From assembly GCA_964016885.1 (NCBI GenBank), contig OZ024758.1, positions 7,130,001-7,194,000 of the forward strand: a stretch of DNA of 64,000 nt, given 5' to 3'. The notes under the pieces were generated by a model. The model ran no database searches, was not told where the DNA came from, and saw only the letters and a program-made list of their open reading frames with translations. The stretch comes from Eledone cirrhosa. Lineage: Eukaryota. Below, one piece after another: positions 1 to 15,599 of the stretch (position 1 is its first letter; each line of letters starts with the position of its first letter). The position numbers were made by a program, and so were the translations under genes.

Positions 1-1071
1 TAACTCACGACTTTCTCTCTTCACCATCCTGCAATATATGAGCAATAGACAAACAACAATTTCACTTTCAAAGCGATAATTATATAACAATCTTAAAATT
101 GATAGATGTCGAAAAAAGAATCGATGTTGATTTTTCAAGTGAAATATCCAGTGTTGACAAGAACTAACTCAATACCGTAAAAGGTTATACATGTCTCTAC
201 AGACTTAGTAAATACTTCTTCTTACTCAGCAGTTTTGCAGGATTCAGATATTTTTCGTGTTATATTTGTCTTATATTGTTTCGATCAAATTATCATTATG
301 ATGCATCTCTGGTTCAATAAAATGTGCAACTGTCAAACAGTTTGGTATTCATCACTTCCAGAATATATAACGTTAGCAAATATCCCAAATGTATTTTAAT
401 TTAGAAATAGCAAGGGGAAAATGGCTGATGCTTTCTTTTGCAGAAGAGATGCAAAACGATTTGTTGTCGATTTAACTATAAATTTAGTTAGATACAAAGA
501 ATGCAATTTTTAAAATTGATTTGTTTTTCTTGTCAAAGTTGTTATTGTATTTACTGTTGTTGTTGTTGTTGTTGTTGTCATTGTAGTTGTTGTTGTTGTG
601 GTGTGTTGTTGTTGTTGTCGTTGTTTTTATTGTTGTTGTTGGTGTGGTGGTGTTGTTGTAGGTGTTATTGTTGTTGTTGCTCTTGATGTGGTGGTGGTGC
701 GGTGGTGTTAATGTGGGTTTTATTGTTGTTGTTGCTGTTATTGTTGTGTTGTTGTTGTTATTGTTATTGTTGTTGCAGTCATTGTTTTACTAAGAAACCA
801 TCATTGCAGAGAACTTAATGTTTATATAATGACGGAGGAAGTAATGCTACAGACCACACATTGCTCAATCATTTCCTACAATTTCCATTCCCAGTTTTTA
901 CAACTACCATCTCTACCATACAATCTCCATTCCCAGTTTTTACATGTATGTGTGTGTGTATGTGTGTGTATGTATGTGTGTGTATGAGTGATGTCCGAAC
1001 GAGTATTTCCCATCTCCAACTAATTGTTTGCTAATTTTTTTAGGTTTTAGTATTTATTATATCGTGATCAA

Positions 1072-1291
1072 GGGCAGTGGATTGGAAGAATTGGTAGAGC
1101 ATCGGACACCATGCTTTGCAGCATGAAGTTACGGCCCTTTACGGTCTGAGTTCAAATCCCGCCGAGATAAACTTTGTCTTTCATCCTTACGGGGTCGATA
1201 AAATAAAGTACCAGTAACGTACTGGTGTCGATTTAATCGACTTTCCCCTCCCCGAAAATTACTGGCCTTGTGCCTATGCTAGAAATCATTA
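1072..1291 (+). mobile_element. tRNA-derived SINE family 1 (representative full-length copy)
   Basis: A-box-like TGGAAGAATTGGTAGAGC, B box GAGTTCAAATCC, central CTTTCATCCTTACGGGGTCGATAAAATAAAGTACCAG, tail CTGGCCTTGTGCC..AGAAA. Other copies about 3500-3675-, 5986-6170+, 21490-21681-, 24748-24940-, 30840-30970+, 31140-31290+, 32940-33085+, 33190-33430+, 34140-34745-, 34805-35000-, 35965-36118-, 36765-37050+, 40325-40512-, 43210-43400-, 47917-48022+, 51748-51900+, 58525-58690+. Confidence 0.88.
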
Positions 1292-2785
1292 TATCATGAT
1301 CATATTTATAAATTTAAGCCAGAAATTTTGAAAAACAGAATGTCGCATGAAAATAAATATATTACTTGTGCCAAAGTAAAGATGGTAGGTAGAAAGATTT
1401 GGCAAACTATTCTGATTGTGGTGGGTATGAAAACTTTCCTCTGTTAAAAGGTCCCTAAACTAGGTTTATTGCAATAATAGAATATAAAAATAAATATCAC
1501 TTCGGAAATAATAGAGAGTAAAGATGGTATAATGTCAGCAAATGTTACTGGCTATTGTATAAATAAATTGACTGATCTATACAGCATATCACATCATGTG
1601 TATAATCTTTACATAAATAAATTCAACGCTGTTGCATATGTTAACCCTACGTTTGTCGTCTTTCAAACGAGATAAGAAATTCAGTCTGTAAACTATGCAG
1701 CAGATGTTAACTAAACATGTGGTTAAGAAACAATATTTCGAAATGGTGTCGAATTTACTGGTACAATATTTTATAGAACACAAGACAATCAAAATAATTT
1801 CATTTTGGCGCACATGCGTTCTCTTTCTTTGCCCTTTAGAATCTGTTATCAGTTGGGAGTTTTATAAAATAGTGATTTTAAAAATAGGAACTTATGAAGT
1901 ATGGGAGATTGGCAGAATTTCTTAGAAATTATCTGAAAATGGAGTTTGTTAATTCACATGTATTATGTCCTTATGGACAAACGAATACACTGCAACAGTG
2001 TAATAACAATATAACCGAAATAAACGGCAATAACCACACATTCCAACACGTTAACTTGAACTCCAACTTTGACTATAAACACACGCACTGTGGAACTAGT
2101 ACCAACCTTCGAAACGGCTTGAGCTCTGCCGTCGGGGTCATACTTTCTCCTATATATATATATATATATATATCGTTAATATCACTAGCATGGCATGCTG
2201 TTCCGTTGATTGTATCAGCTAGAGCGCTCATCGTCGGAAACGACGGAGATCCTACAACGACATTACATTTTAGCACGCTTGGGACATTTTAAACCGAGCT
2301 CAGGCTGCTAGTTTATCAATAATTCTTTTAAGAGCGATATTTATAATTACAGGCCTAAGTAAAAATCTCTGTTCACAAACATAATTAAATGTTTTATAAT
2401 ATATTATTGATGTATGGTTGGATTCCAAGAAAAATGAGCCTAATTCTTGTCTATTGACATTTAAACAAATTTTATTCTAATTTATACGAAAGGTCAAGTG
2501 TTATAATATTTTCTATAGCTACAGAATAAAACATATCAATCTATCCACGAATAATTTCGTTATTTAATAATAAAATATCAACAGTAATACAGTAACATTC
2601 TAGTGTTTGTTACATTCAGTTTTGCTGTTCTATTCCTATTGGTATCTCATGGTCCCATAATTTCCGATGGGGTCGTAAGGACGCCGTAGTGGTATACATC
2701 GTTGCTAGGACATTTTAAAACCTGACGTAGCTCATCTCTTCTGTAGGTCTGAATACAGAATAGTTCTTCCAGAGAAGCATATGTA

Positions 2786-2838
<53 letters not shown>

Positions 2839-2840
<2 letters not shown>

Positions 2841-2980
2841 CAAAGAAGGTGTGGTAAGATACTAGGTGGACTATAACCCACCAGAGTACTCAATAATTAG
2901 GGTAGTAGAGTGGGTAATATGAAAAGAGTCTGGACCCCGATGGCTGAGCTCCGGCCGTTTCGACAGCTAGATCCGAACTT
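2839..2980 (-). mobile_element. Family A single-arm copy (others: 2110-2150 +, 12847-12928 -, 23930-24052 -, 44725-44765 -)
   Basis: Direct sequence similarity to the palindromic copies; all abut (TA)n or (GA)n. Confidence 0.78.
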
Positions 2981-3073
2981 ATCTGAGGTGCTTCTGATTC
3001 CAGAGTCAGGTTCGATCATTAATAGATCGTTCTTCCGGCTGATCGATAGTGAAACATATGCAATATGTAATAA
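2979..3073 (+). ncRNA. Type I hammerhead-like motif with 61-nt stem II, A9>T
   Basis: TTAT-CTGAGGT-[61 nt]-GAAA-CATAT-GCA-ATATG-TA-ATAA. Stem I TTAT/ATAA; stem II insert similar to that of the 38957 motif. Confidence 0.65.
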
Positions 3074-3103
3074 ATATGTATATGTTGTGACACTTATTCT
3101 TTG

Positions 3104-3165
<62 letters not shown>

Positions 3166-3251
3166 TTATGTAATAAACAACATAAGGCAATTATTTCATT
3201 TACCAGTGGTTTCTTGAAATCCAACGTCAATAAATACACCAGGATTTTTTC

Positions 3252-3304
3252 ATTCTGATGATTGAAAGCAACCTTTTTTTGCTTTTAAGAAACCACTGGT
3301 AAAT
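3252..3304 (+). ncRNA. Type I hammerhead ribozyme (complete core)
   Basis: ATT-CTGATGA-TTGAAAGCAA/TTGCTTTTAA (10-bp stem II)-GAAA-CCACTGG-TA-AAT. Quasi-palindromic stem III, GUA cleavage triplet; inverted partial copy at about 3164-3216. Confidence 0.85.
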
Positions 3305-3405
3305 AAAATAATTGCCTTATGTTGTTTATTACATAACTATTAAGCTCTGTTACCTACATAGAGCACTCTTTTTTCCTGGACTTTTCCGACGGAATTACTT
3401 CATTC

Positions 3406-3474
<69 letters not shown>

Positions 3475-4049
3475 GTGTGAGAGAGAGAGAGAGAGAGATG
3501 AGATATAGAGGAAGAATCGACCCCAGTACCAGACTGGTACTTTTTTAACGACCTCGAATGAATGAAAGGCAAAGTTAACTTCGGCGAGATTTGAACTGAG
3601 AGATCAGAGAGCCGTAACTAATGCAGCAAACTATTCTATCTGACATTTTAACGACTCAACCAATTCCCCGCCTACAATATTTTATATTGAGGAAATATTC
3701 ACATTAGAAGTATGGAGAACGCTGTTGTAATTCATTGTAAGATTAATTTGGGATCTGGTAGTAATCGTCTTTGAAGTAGCTTAGTAACTTAGGAAAACAT
3801 ATAGAACATAAGAAATATATAGAACACAATAAAATACTATGTAGGATACCATAAAAACTTCTTCGAATCATCGATTTTATAATAAAATATTGTTCTCGAG
3901 AGAACCAATTAAAATTCCAATGTTTTCTTCATCGATTCGCTCTCAATTGGTTTTCTTTCGTGTCAAATAAACAGACTTATCATGTCTAAGCAGAAGTTAG
4001 CTTGTAATATATCGTTCACTGGCTGCCTGGCTTGGGGAACAAACAAATG

Positions 4050-4095
<46 letters not shown>

Positions 4096-4098
<3 letters not shown>

Positions 4099-4408
4099 AG
4101 GACGACAAGGGAGACACGTTGGAAAAGCCACTCCAACTCTCGGGGTTCACACCTGCGGCTGGCCAGCTTAGCGCCTATGGTGGTGAGTAGGGAGGTAGCC
4201 CTAGGGCCGAGGACCCCAGAAGTCTCCACTGCCAAGGGTACGACCGCACACCTGTCGGAGAGCGACCGGTATTTGGAGAGTTTGGCCTCCTCAGCCGGAA
4301 GTGCAGCAGAACCTGGGTTAGTCGCAGACTGCACCAGGTTGCGGCTGGAGAAAGTGTCGGTGCAAGTGGCCTCCCAGACGAGGGGTTTGCCACCGCCGAA
4401 CGGGAATA
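4096..4408 (-). mobile_element. Second CRE-clade RLE fragment
   Basis: FPFGGGKPLVWEATCTDT...EEAKLSKY...PLAVETSG...LFQRVSL; closely similar to 54800-55100. Confidence 0.85.
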
Positions 4409-5911
4409 CATTAACAATTACGTACAATATACGGGAATTCATGGATGACTCGATAGATATGTTTCTTTTATTTGCCACAAGGGCATCAAAAGTGGGACAA
4501 GTACAATGGGGGGAGTTTACAAAACAAGGCGTCCTCAATAGGGAGGAGGCAATAACAATATATAAAAATAAAATAAAATATAACAAAAAATAGAATTATA
4601 ACAAAATCCTCAATAGAGGATTTTGACTCGATAGATAGGCAAATAATTAAGTGATTAAAGGAATAAAGAACAAAAGCTAGGCGTCTCACGTCTGTTGTCA
4701 GACAGGTGTAAGAGAACCAACAGGCTAGCTAAACTGTTCATGTTATATTCCAGTTGCAATTTCAATGATTTGGAAAGAAATTTAAAAGCTACACAACAAA
4801 TGTTATTTCTACCTTGTGAATACAAATAAGGATCATTTCGTAAACAATGAGATTAATTAAATTTTCTAATTCATATTAAACCTTTATATATGAAATGACC
4901 TCCGGCTAACCACGTGCACTTTTGTGTTGATGTGACTACATTTCAAGTGTTATTAACCCTTTTGGTACCAATCCATCCAAAATCCGCCACTGGTTCTATG
5001 AAACATGACAAATTATTTTAAAGTGTTCCATTTTAAATTAAAACCTTCCAACATAATTTGATATGAGGACATTTTGTTAAGTTACAAATACCATCTAAAT
5101 AATGAAATAATTAATAAATTTAGTAAATCTTTCCAAATTCTACATTAATTCAATGAATTAATATACAATAGACGAAGGTCAGCTGAAATGTTCTTAGGCT
5201 GACCAAGATACTCTCATGGAATGACCAAATGAGGTTTATTTTTCAACATAGTCCCTCGAAAGAAACAATGCAGTTATTAATAAGAAGAGTTGAGATTAAT
5301 GCATGCAAGATTTCACAGCTCTAGAATCACTCCTTAATAGTCAACAGATGAACATTTTAGCTGACGCTCGTATTTCATTAGAAACATGGTATTGAAAGTG
5401 TTAAGCTAGAAAACAGTCTACGGCCTCTTAATCTGTAATTATAACCCCCTCCCCAACCCTTCAAGGTCCCTACTCATGTTAGATCTCATAGTTTCGTTCT
5501 TATGGCGATCCAGCAGATATTGCATTATCAAAATCTACACCAAAAAGGCTAAGATTTGACTTTAGAGGGAACTTCCTCTCAAGAGCTGTATGTCTTTTTA
5601 ATTTCCTCCCTCATCGACATCAGTAGGTCAGTAAACACTGACCTACAGATGTCGATGTTGAGCACCAGATGCATCAGTATTGCTGGTGTGAGAATGTTTC
5701 TAATATCCTCTTTAAATTCGATAGAATTTTCAAGAAATCTTGACTAAGATTACAATAATGGAACCCGGGAGACATACGAAAACTGGTGAGAAACCAGCAA
5801 ATTATCGAAAGTTCAATTGAAAAGAATAGTGAAAACCTTTGTCTCAATCAAGTTTTAAAAGAAAGGTGATTCTTTGCTGTTTCTGTTGCTACACACATGA
5901 ATACCTTAGAC

Positions 5912-6480
5912 CAGAGGTGTGCAACATATTCCATTGGTGGGCCACTTTTGAACATTGGAACAACTATTAGGGTCATTAATATTTATGGTGGATCGGCAGT
6001 ATCGGTAGAGGATCGGACGCCATGCTTTCCAGCATAGTTACGTCCCTTTTCGATCTGAGTTCAAATCTCGCCGAGGTTGACTTTGCCTTTCATCCTTACG
6101 GGGTCGATAAAATAAAGTACCAGTAATGCACTGGGTAATTGCTGGCCTTGTGCCTAAAGTAGAAACAATTAATATTTATTAAGCACTATTCCAAAGATTC
6201 ACCACAACTTCTTTCCATAACATGGAACTGGTAAATTACAACACTACACACAACCCTATCAGTGAAGCCCTTTAATAGAGGTCAACTGGGTAATTATAAC
6301 ACACATAACCCTATCAGGGAAGCCCTTTAGTAGAGGTCAACTAACAGAAAATTGTATTATTGTTACAAAAAAAAACTAAATAAGCTTACAAGGTAAAAAT
6401 TAAAAACTGTCATCGCGGGCCGCTCTGACTGATCTGCCGGGCCGGGTTGTGGCCTGCGGGCCGCCTGTTGCACGCCCCTG
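5912..6480. mobile_element. hAT (Charlie-like) MITE with nested SINE
   Basis: TIRs CAGAGGTGTGCAAC/GTTGCACGCCCCTG, 8-bp TSD-like CCTTAGAC/CCTTAAAT, GCGGGCCG subterminal repeats; nested SINE flanked by ATTAATATTTAT duplication; lone right end also at about 15010-15043. Confidence 0.8.
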
Positions 6481-6486
6481 CCTTAA

Positions 6487-8060
<1,574 letters not shown>

Positions 8061-8074
8061 GAAATCTACGTATT

Positions 8075-8188
8075 TTTATTGGAACTCTATATTTCAATTG
8101 GACAATTCATCAAACTCCTCATCTTCCGCCATTATCATATCGTCACATCTCAATACCTTTAATAGACCAGCCAGGTAAATAGAAATAC
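8075..8188 (-). other. Candidate terminal exon
   Basis: CTTGCTCTCTTCCAACAG acceptor; open frames YFYLPGWSIKGIEM* or ISIYLAGLLKVLRCDDMIMAEDEEFDELSN*; AATAAA at 8075-8080; no recognised homolog. Confidence 0.3.
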
Positions 8189-8458
8189 CTGTTGGAAGAG
8201 AGCAAGACGTAGTTTGTGTGTGTATGTGTGTGTGTATGAGTGTTTTGTGTGTGTCTGTGTGTGTGTTTGTGTGTTTGTTTGTGTGCGTTCTTTTGCATGC
8301 GTGTGTGTATATGTGTGTCTGTGTGTGCATGCGTGTGTGTGTTTGTGCATGTGTCTGTGTGGATATATGCGCGCGCGTGCGCGTGTATGTTGTGTGTGTA
8401 TGTTGTGTGTGTTGTGTGTGTGTGAGCATGTTTGTGTTTTGGTACATGTGTCTGTGTG

Positions 8459-8490
<32 letters not shown>

Positions 8491-8869
8491 CGTGTGTGTA
8501 TGTGTGTCTGTCTGTTTGTGGATGTGTTTGTGTATGAGCGTGTTTTTGTGCTTGTGTCTGTGTGTATATATATTTATATACGTATATCTGTGTGTGTGTT
8601 TGTGCATGTGTCTGTGTGTGTATGTCCACGCGCGCACGTGTATGTATGTGTCCACGCGCGCATGTGTATGTATGTGTCCACGCACGCGTGTGTGTGTATG
8701 TGTGTCACAATGAGAGGCAGAAGCAGAAGCAGAGATGAAAGCAAGAATAAATGAAACAGAGACATTAAGGTAGAAAGAAATTAGAAAAAAACAACAACAA
8801 AACCAAAGAACTGGCGAAGTAAAGACGAAGTCGAGACTTGTATTAAATAAAAAAATAAAAAAATAAAAA

Positions 8870-9125
8870 AACATGTAAATGAACGAATTACAAAAAACAA
8901 AACAAAACAAAAAAATATGTAAATGAATGAATTACAAAAAACAAAACAAAACAAAAAAACATGTAAATGAACGAATTACAAAAAAACAAAACAAAACAAA
9001 AAAATATGTAAATGAACGAATTGCAAAAAAAACACAAAACAAAACAAAAAAACATGCAAATGAACGAATTACAAAAAAAACAAACAAAAAAAAACCATGT
9101 AAATGAACGAATTACAAAAATAATA
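8870..9125. repeat. A-rich tandem repeat of about 40-48 bp
   Basis: Recurrent ATGTAAATGAACGAATTAC separated by AAAAC runs. Confidence 0.85.
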
Positions 9126-9524
9126 AAAAAACAACTACTATGTGAAAGAATCCTAAAACGAAGATGCTGAAGGAAGCAAGAAGATAAATAGCAGCAGAAG
9201 TCCAATAAACCTGAAGACAGGATGCAAAAATAAGACTAAAATGAAGACCAACGAGAGAATTCGTGACAAGAATCACTCTAGATTGGTAGGTGAAAGACTA
9301 ATGAATTAGTAGTCACGTAGTTTGAAGGTAAACATTTAAAGCAAATGACATTTACTTAGCTACCAACAGCAAAGCCATAAAATATACCATTTACATAATC
9401 TCTTCTAATCTCTTCATCTTTCAATAGAACTTATATATCTGACTGGTTTCTGTTGTTTACGTTTCAGTTATTGCTGTCTAATTATTCCTTTCGATTCCAA
9501 ATGAATTCTTATTCTTTTGGGGTG

Positions 9525-9595
<71 letters not shown>

Positions 9596-9790
9596 ATGTA
9601 TGTATATATATGTACATATATGTATGTATATATATGTACATATATGTATGTATATATATATATACGTATGTATGTATATATATGTATATGTATGTATGTA
9701 TATATATGTACATATATGTATGTATATATATACGTATGTATGTATGTATGTATATGTACATATATGTATGTATATATATACGTATGTATG

Positions 9791-9861
<71 letters not shown>

Positions 9862-9905
9862 GTCAATAAATATATATATATATGTTTATAAATGTATACA
9901 TGTAC

Positions 9906-9986
<81 letters not shown>

Positions 9987-10135
9987 TGAGTGTGTGTGCG
10001 TTGATAACTGTAATAAAGAGTATTTCTCTTTACTTAGTGTTTAGCTATTCTCAATATAAATGGCCGTATGGTATTTCACAAACAACTGTTAAATGCTTTT
10101 GCACATACACAAAGACGATTCCTCATCAAAGTGCA

Positions 10136-10219
<84 letters not shown>

Positions 10220-11799
10220 CACATACGCACACTAACACACATTCACACACTTACACACATGCACATACATACACACAAACAGACAAATTACATATCATGA
10301 ACTATAGCATTATTATTATATAATGTAAATGGAACGTAGCTTAATACAACAAAATAATTCAACATTTGCCAGAGATCGTCTTCCTCCTGTATTGATGATT
10401 ATAATAATTTCGGTATAGTTTAATTACTTTTCCCATAAATATTGCTCCTATTATCTTGGCCTATACAATATCTATCCGAGTAATATTTACCATGTCGTAT
10501 ATATTGTGTTTTGTAACACCTCCTTTAGTTTCGTGATTAGCGGGTAATCGCGAAATTCATAGTAGTAAAGAATGTAACATCTGTAATGTTACAATTAATT
10601 GTACAAATAATTGGACTCGACTTTGGAATTGAATACTTTTTCTATAAAAAATAAAGTAAAGCATTTTGTGTTTTCATAATTCTACACCAGTGGAAAAAAA
10701 GAAAAACAAAACAGTATTTCTAACAACTGTATACTTCTCTGGGAGAAATTTGCTGTATTTAGACCTGGACAAAAGATGGGCTCTGCCAGATTTTAACAAA
10801 GATGCCCTAGAAACGCCAATAAATTCCACTATGGCGACCCCGTGACTCAATCAGGAGTTACGGGACCATAATACATTGAACAAAAGAGCTTATGAAATCT
10901 TACACATCTTACATTAAAATTACTCTTTTTAGTATACTTTTTCATATAATCCAGCCCATGGACTGTCGCCATGCTGGATCATCGCCATTATAACCTGGTG
11001 GTGCTACATGAATAGATCTAAATTCATGAGTTGCTATGCTCAAACTTTTATATAATTTAGTCGTCAATGATGGACAAACTAATATTAGCTGATGTACAAA
11101 CTAATGGAATCTCTATTCGGAAGTTGACGAATAATCTGTGACTTCACAGTGTGATCACCGTTATACAAAACGATACAATAGTAAATATATTGGCTTCCAC
11201 CATAATTACCAAGGATTCAATTACATTTTCAGGCAAGCCGACCGGAATAGCAGCAGCAGCCATATTGCAGTGGATTTCTGACTTTTATTGAAATCTTGTA
11301 TATTCACCCAAGTCCATGATAAGACATGTTTGAATAAAGAATGTGCTCTTTTTTATTTCCCAAAGTCCAAAATAATATAAATCTTACCGAGTCATATTGA
11401 TTATCTTTTTTCTTTCCTAATTAGACATCTGATATATCTCAAGTGAAGCCTTCACACACTCCAATATCAATATAAGTTGAAGTAAATATAAATGGTCGTT
11501 AGCTATCAGCTTTATTCCCTATCTCAAATGCTTGCTTATATATATTTGCTATTATTCAAATATTCCACGAAAAAGATCATTTATTATGGTTAGAAATAAT
11601 TCTAACGCCACCTATAAATTTTCCAACAGTGCAGAGGCACATATGCTTCACATTCGGGTCAAGCAAACGGTAATACATCACGAAGGAAATTGAAGTAGAT
11701 ACAGGCAGAGATAAACGAACAATTTACTAGAAGAGAAAATGAAAGGAAGAAAGAAATGTAGATTAATAGAAGGAAGTAAACACCTATCTCATATAGAGA

Positions 11800-11860
<61 letters not shown>

Positions 11861-12232
11861 TAGATAGGTAAATATACACGGGTGTGTATGATTGTGTATA
11901 GAAGATTATATTAATAACAGGAATTCCAACTTTGTCTGATTTACTCGTTTTATTTACAATCCTTTAAAATATATAATGGTATTATAATGAAATAGTATGA
12001 TAGAATATTAAATTCTAAGTGTTAATTGAACAAGTACTTTCATGCTTTCGCAATCTTCAGGTTCATAATATGTGGTGACAGTCGAGTTTGCAATTTTCAA
12101 TATATGTTTTGCGAGGTTTTTGATATGAAATCGTGTGTCGAAACAAATATTGTTATACTTGGGGAGGGTCATATTGTTATAATTTCTGTTATTATTTCTG
12201 GCAATATTATAACAATATGACTCCCCAAGTAT

Positions 12233-12328
<96 letters not shown>

Positions 12329-12354
12329 GTATGTGTGTATATATATGTATACCT

Positions 12355-12397
<43 letters not shown>

Positions 12398-12403
12398 TAT
12401 ATC

Positions 12404-12558
12404 TTCAGATGATCCCGTTAAGGGTGAAAGCAGCGATTCTTTGCTTAAACTTTAATCTGTTATTTTAATAAATATTTGCTCTACGGTTCTTATATATTTG
12501 ATATATATTTATCCTTATCGAACTCTCTGTGGATTTTAGTCTTCAAATTTATTATTAT

Positions 12559-12560
<2 letters not shown>
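12404..12560 (+). mobile_element. Family B hammerhead-bearing short element (5' truncated in stem I)
   Basis: CAGATGA-TCCC-GTTAA-GGGT-GAAA-GCA...TGC-TT-AAACTTT then about 110-nt tail; flanked by (TA)n on both sides. Confidence 0.7.
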
Positions 12561-12637
<77 letters not shown>

Positions 12638-12660
12638 TATATATATACATATATATATAC

Positions 12661-12711
<51 letters not shown>

Positions 12712-12715
12712 GTAC

Positions 12716-12750
<35 letters not shown>

Positions 12751-12790
12751 TGTCGTACTGCCTCTCTGTTCTGTCCCTGTTCAATTTTTC

Positions 12791-12848
<58 letters not shown>

Positions 12849-13551
12849 ACAAAGAGGGTGTGGTAAGATACCAGGTAGGCCATAACGCACCAGAGTACTC
12901 AATACTTTGGGTAGTAGAGTAGGTAATATATACACGAAGACAAATAGTATATGGTGTAGAAAAGGTAAATACAATGTGGATATCATTATACATTTACATC
13001 AGTTATGTCTAATTAATCTCTATTAAATCACGTGTATATGTAAATATGCGTATACATGCACATAATTATGCACACACACACACACATATATATATATATA
13101 AATATGAATACATACGTACATACATATATTTAGATACATGTATTTGCATATGTATATATAAATAAAATATATATATATAAATATATATAAATATATATAT
13201 ATATAAAAATATATATAAATATATATATAAATATATAAATATATATATAAATATATATATAAATAAATATATATATATAAATAAATATATATATAAATAT
13301 ATATATAAATAAATATATATATATATATATAATATATATATATATAAAATATATATATAAATATATATATATATCTATATATATATATATATATATATAA
13401 ATATATATATATCTATATATATATATATAAATATATAATATATATATATATATATATAAAATATATATATAAATATATCTATATCTATATATATATATAT
13501 AAATATCTATAAATATCTATATATATCTATATATCTATATATATCTATATA

Positions 13552-13639
<88 letters not shown>

Positions 13640-14156
13640 TATATATCAATTATACCAAATATTCAGAGATATATACCACAAACACACATGTCACATTGAT
13701 TCACCATGTAGTCATTTAGCCGTCAATTAACTACATTTGATAAACTAATAATACTCTTAATCAGAGGTCAGTGAAGATTATATATAAAAAGTCTTCCAAC
13801 ATCCTTCAACATAAGTTAAAGTAGGTGAGGAAACCTATAAACAGCAGATATTGATCAATGGTAACAACACGGCACAGCTAATTACAAATTAATTACACTT
13901 TGATGTTCAGGATTTCGGAAACGTTTTAAGAAAGATGCATGATTATTTCTCCCCCTCCCTCTCTTTCCCCCTCTCTCATTCTTTTACTCATCTTCCTTCA
14001 TTCTTCTTCTTCATTGCCCTTCTTCTTCTTCTTCTTCTTCTTCTTCTTCTTCTTCTTCTTCTTCTTTTGCTTCTATTTTCTTCCTTTTCTTCTACTACCG
14101 GCTCATAATCTCCCTCTCTCTCTCTCCCTCTCCATCTCTCCCGTCTCTCCCTCTCT

Positions 14157-14251
<95 letters not shown>

Positions 14252-14358
14252 AAGTGACAATAAGAATTGCAGCTTTTTCTAAATGGATTGAAACAATATT
14301 ACTTGGTTGGGGTAGTCCTTTGTTGGTAGATAGCATTTGTTGTGTTGGTATTCTTGAA

Positions 14359-14570
14359 TCATAGGACCGAGAATGTTGTGTTTCTGGCGTGTCGGCATCT
14401 CAGCAGTATTTCGGAATTCAGGTTCACAGTGTTTTTAATTTGGTGATCTCCACGGCTTCAGCAATACAAAGCCAGCACTTCCTCTGGGCCAGAGACTGAG
14501 GTGGTGTGTGTTTGACCAAACTCCAGTACAACCTGAATCCGGTTTGCGAGTCTGTGGGTTTCCATACGAC
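14359..14570 (-). pseudogene. Naiad-type PLE GIY-YIG C-terminal remnant
   Basis: VWKPTDSQTGFRLYWSLVKHTPPQSLAQRKCWLCIAEAVEITK / (frameshift) NTVNLNSEILLRCRHARNTTF: CxxC...E...N..SE...CRH motif. Confidence 0.8.
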
Positions 14571-15378
14571 AACAGTAACAAGAACCACAATAACAATAGC
14601 AAAGCAACAACGACAAAAGCCACGACAACAATAACAATAACAACATGAACAACAGCAACAGCAACAACGAAGACAGCAAGATAAATATATATTCTAAGAT
14701 TTAAATCACAATAAATCTTCATACCAACATCAGTTTATGTAATATAAAATTGCATAACATAGAAAATCTATTAAGTTTGAAATCCATGAAAAACCTATAT
14801 AGATATAATATAATAAATTGAGGAAGGAATATTGAAGCCAATTATAAATGTATTATTCCCTGCTATTGGTGTATTGAGTTTCTGCAGAAATACGTTGATT
14901 CGTCTAATTTGACTATAGACCAGAGTCGGTTGAAAAGTTCATAGGCGGTCGGTCAGGGCCCGTATTTGACTATCTTGCTCTGTCTATATTCTTTACATAA
15001 GTAGCTAGGATTGTGGCCCGCGGGCCGTCTGTTGCACGCCCCTGTATTAGACAGATCAAATAAGATTGGCGTTGACATTACAAACTCCCTACTAACTGTG
15101 ACAGGGATGGAGGTAGCCATCCGTAAGAAGGAGCACCGCGAGTTGGATTTGCTCTTTCAGTACATCGCCCTAGCTATCCTTCTGAAAAATACATATATGT
15201 ATATATATGTGTGTTTAACATATGTGTGTATATACACACATATGTTAAACACACATATATATACATATATGTCAAACACATATATACACATACATCAAAC
15301 ATAAATACATACACACACACATATATATATACACATAATACACACATACACACACACACGCACACGCACATATATATA

Positions 15379-15435
15379 TTAAAATAACAGATTAAAGTTT
15401 AAGCAAAGAATCGCTGCTTTCACCCTTAACGGGAT

Positions 15436-15438
<3 letters not shown>
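15379..15438 (-). mobile_element. Family B fragment truncated in the catalytic core
   Basis: Reverse complement of AGATCCCGTTAAGGGTGAAAGCAGCGATTCTTTGCTTAAACTTT, in (TA)n. Confidence 0.75.
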
Positions 15439-15467
<29 letters not shown>

Positions 15468-15469
<2 letters not shown>

Positions 15470-15566
15470 AAAAGAGTCAGGACCTCAACGGCTGAGCTCA
15501 GCCGTTGGCGTCTTGACTCTTTTCCTATTACCCACTCTACTACCCTAAGTATCGAGTACTTAGCAC
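15468..15566 (+). mobile_element. Family A element folded back at the stem III loop palindrome
   Basis: AAGAGTCAGGACCTCAACGGCTGAG|CTCAGCCGTTGGCGTCTTGACTCTT plus tail. Confidence 0.72.

Positions 15567-15599
<33 letters not shown>

Noticed and set aside
11230-11700. Faint PLE-like motifs on the minus strand (also KYIGK at about 60485-60500)
   Set aside because: Only 4-6 residue matches in stop-rich frames; needs a profile search.
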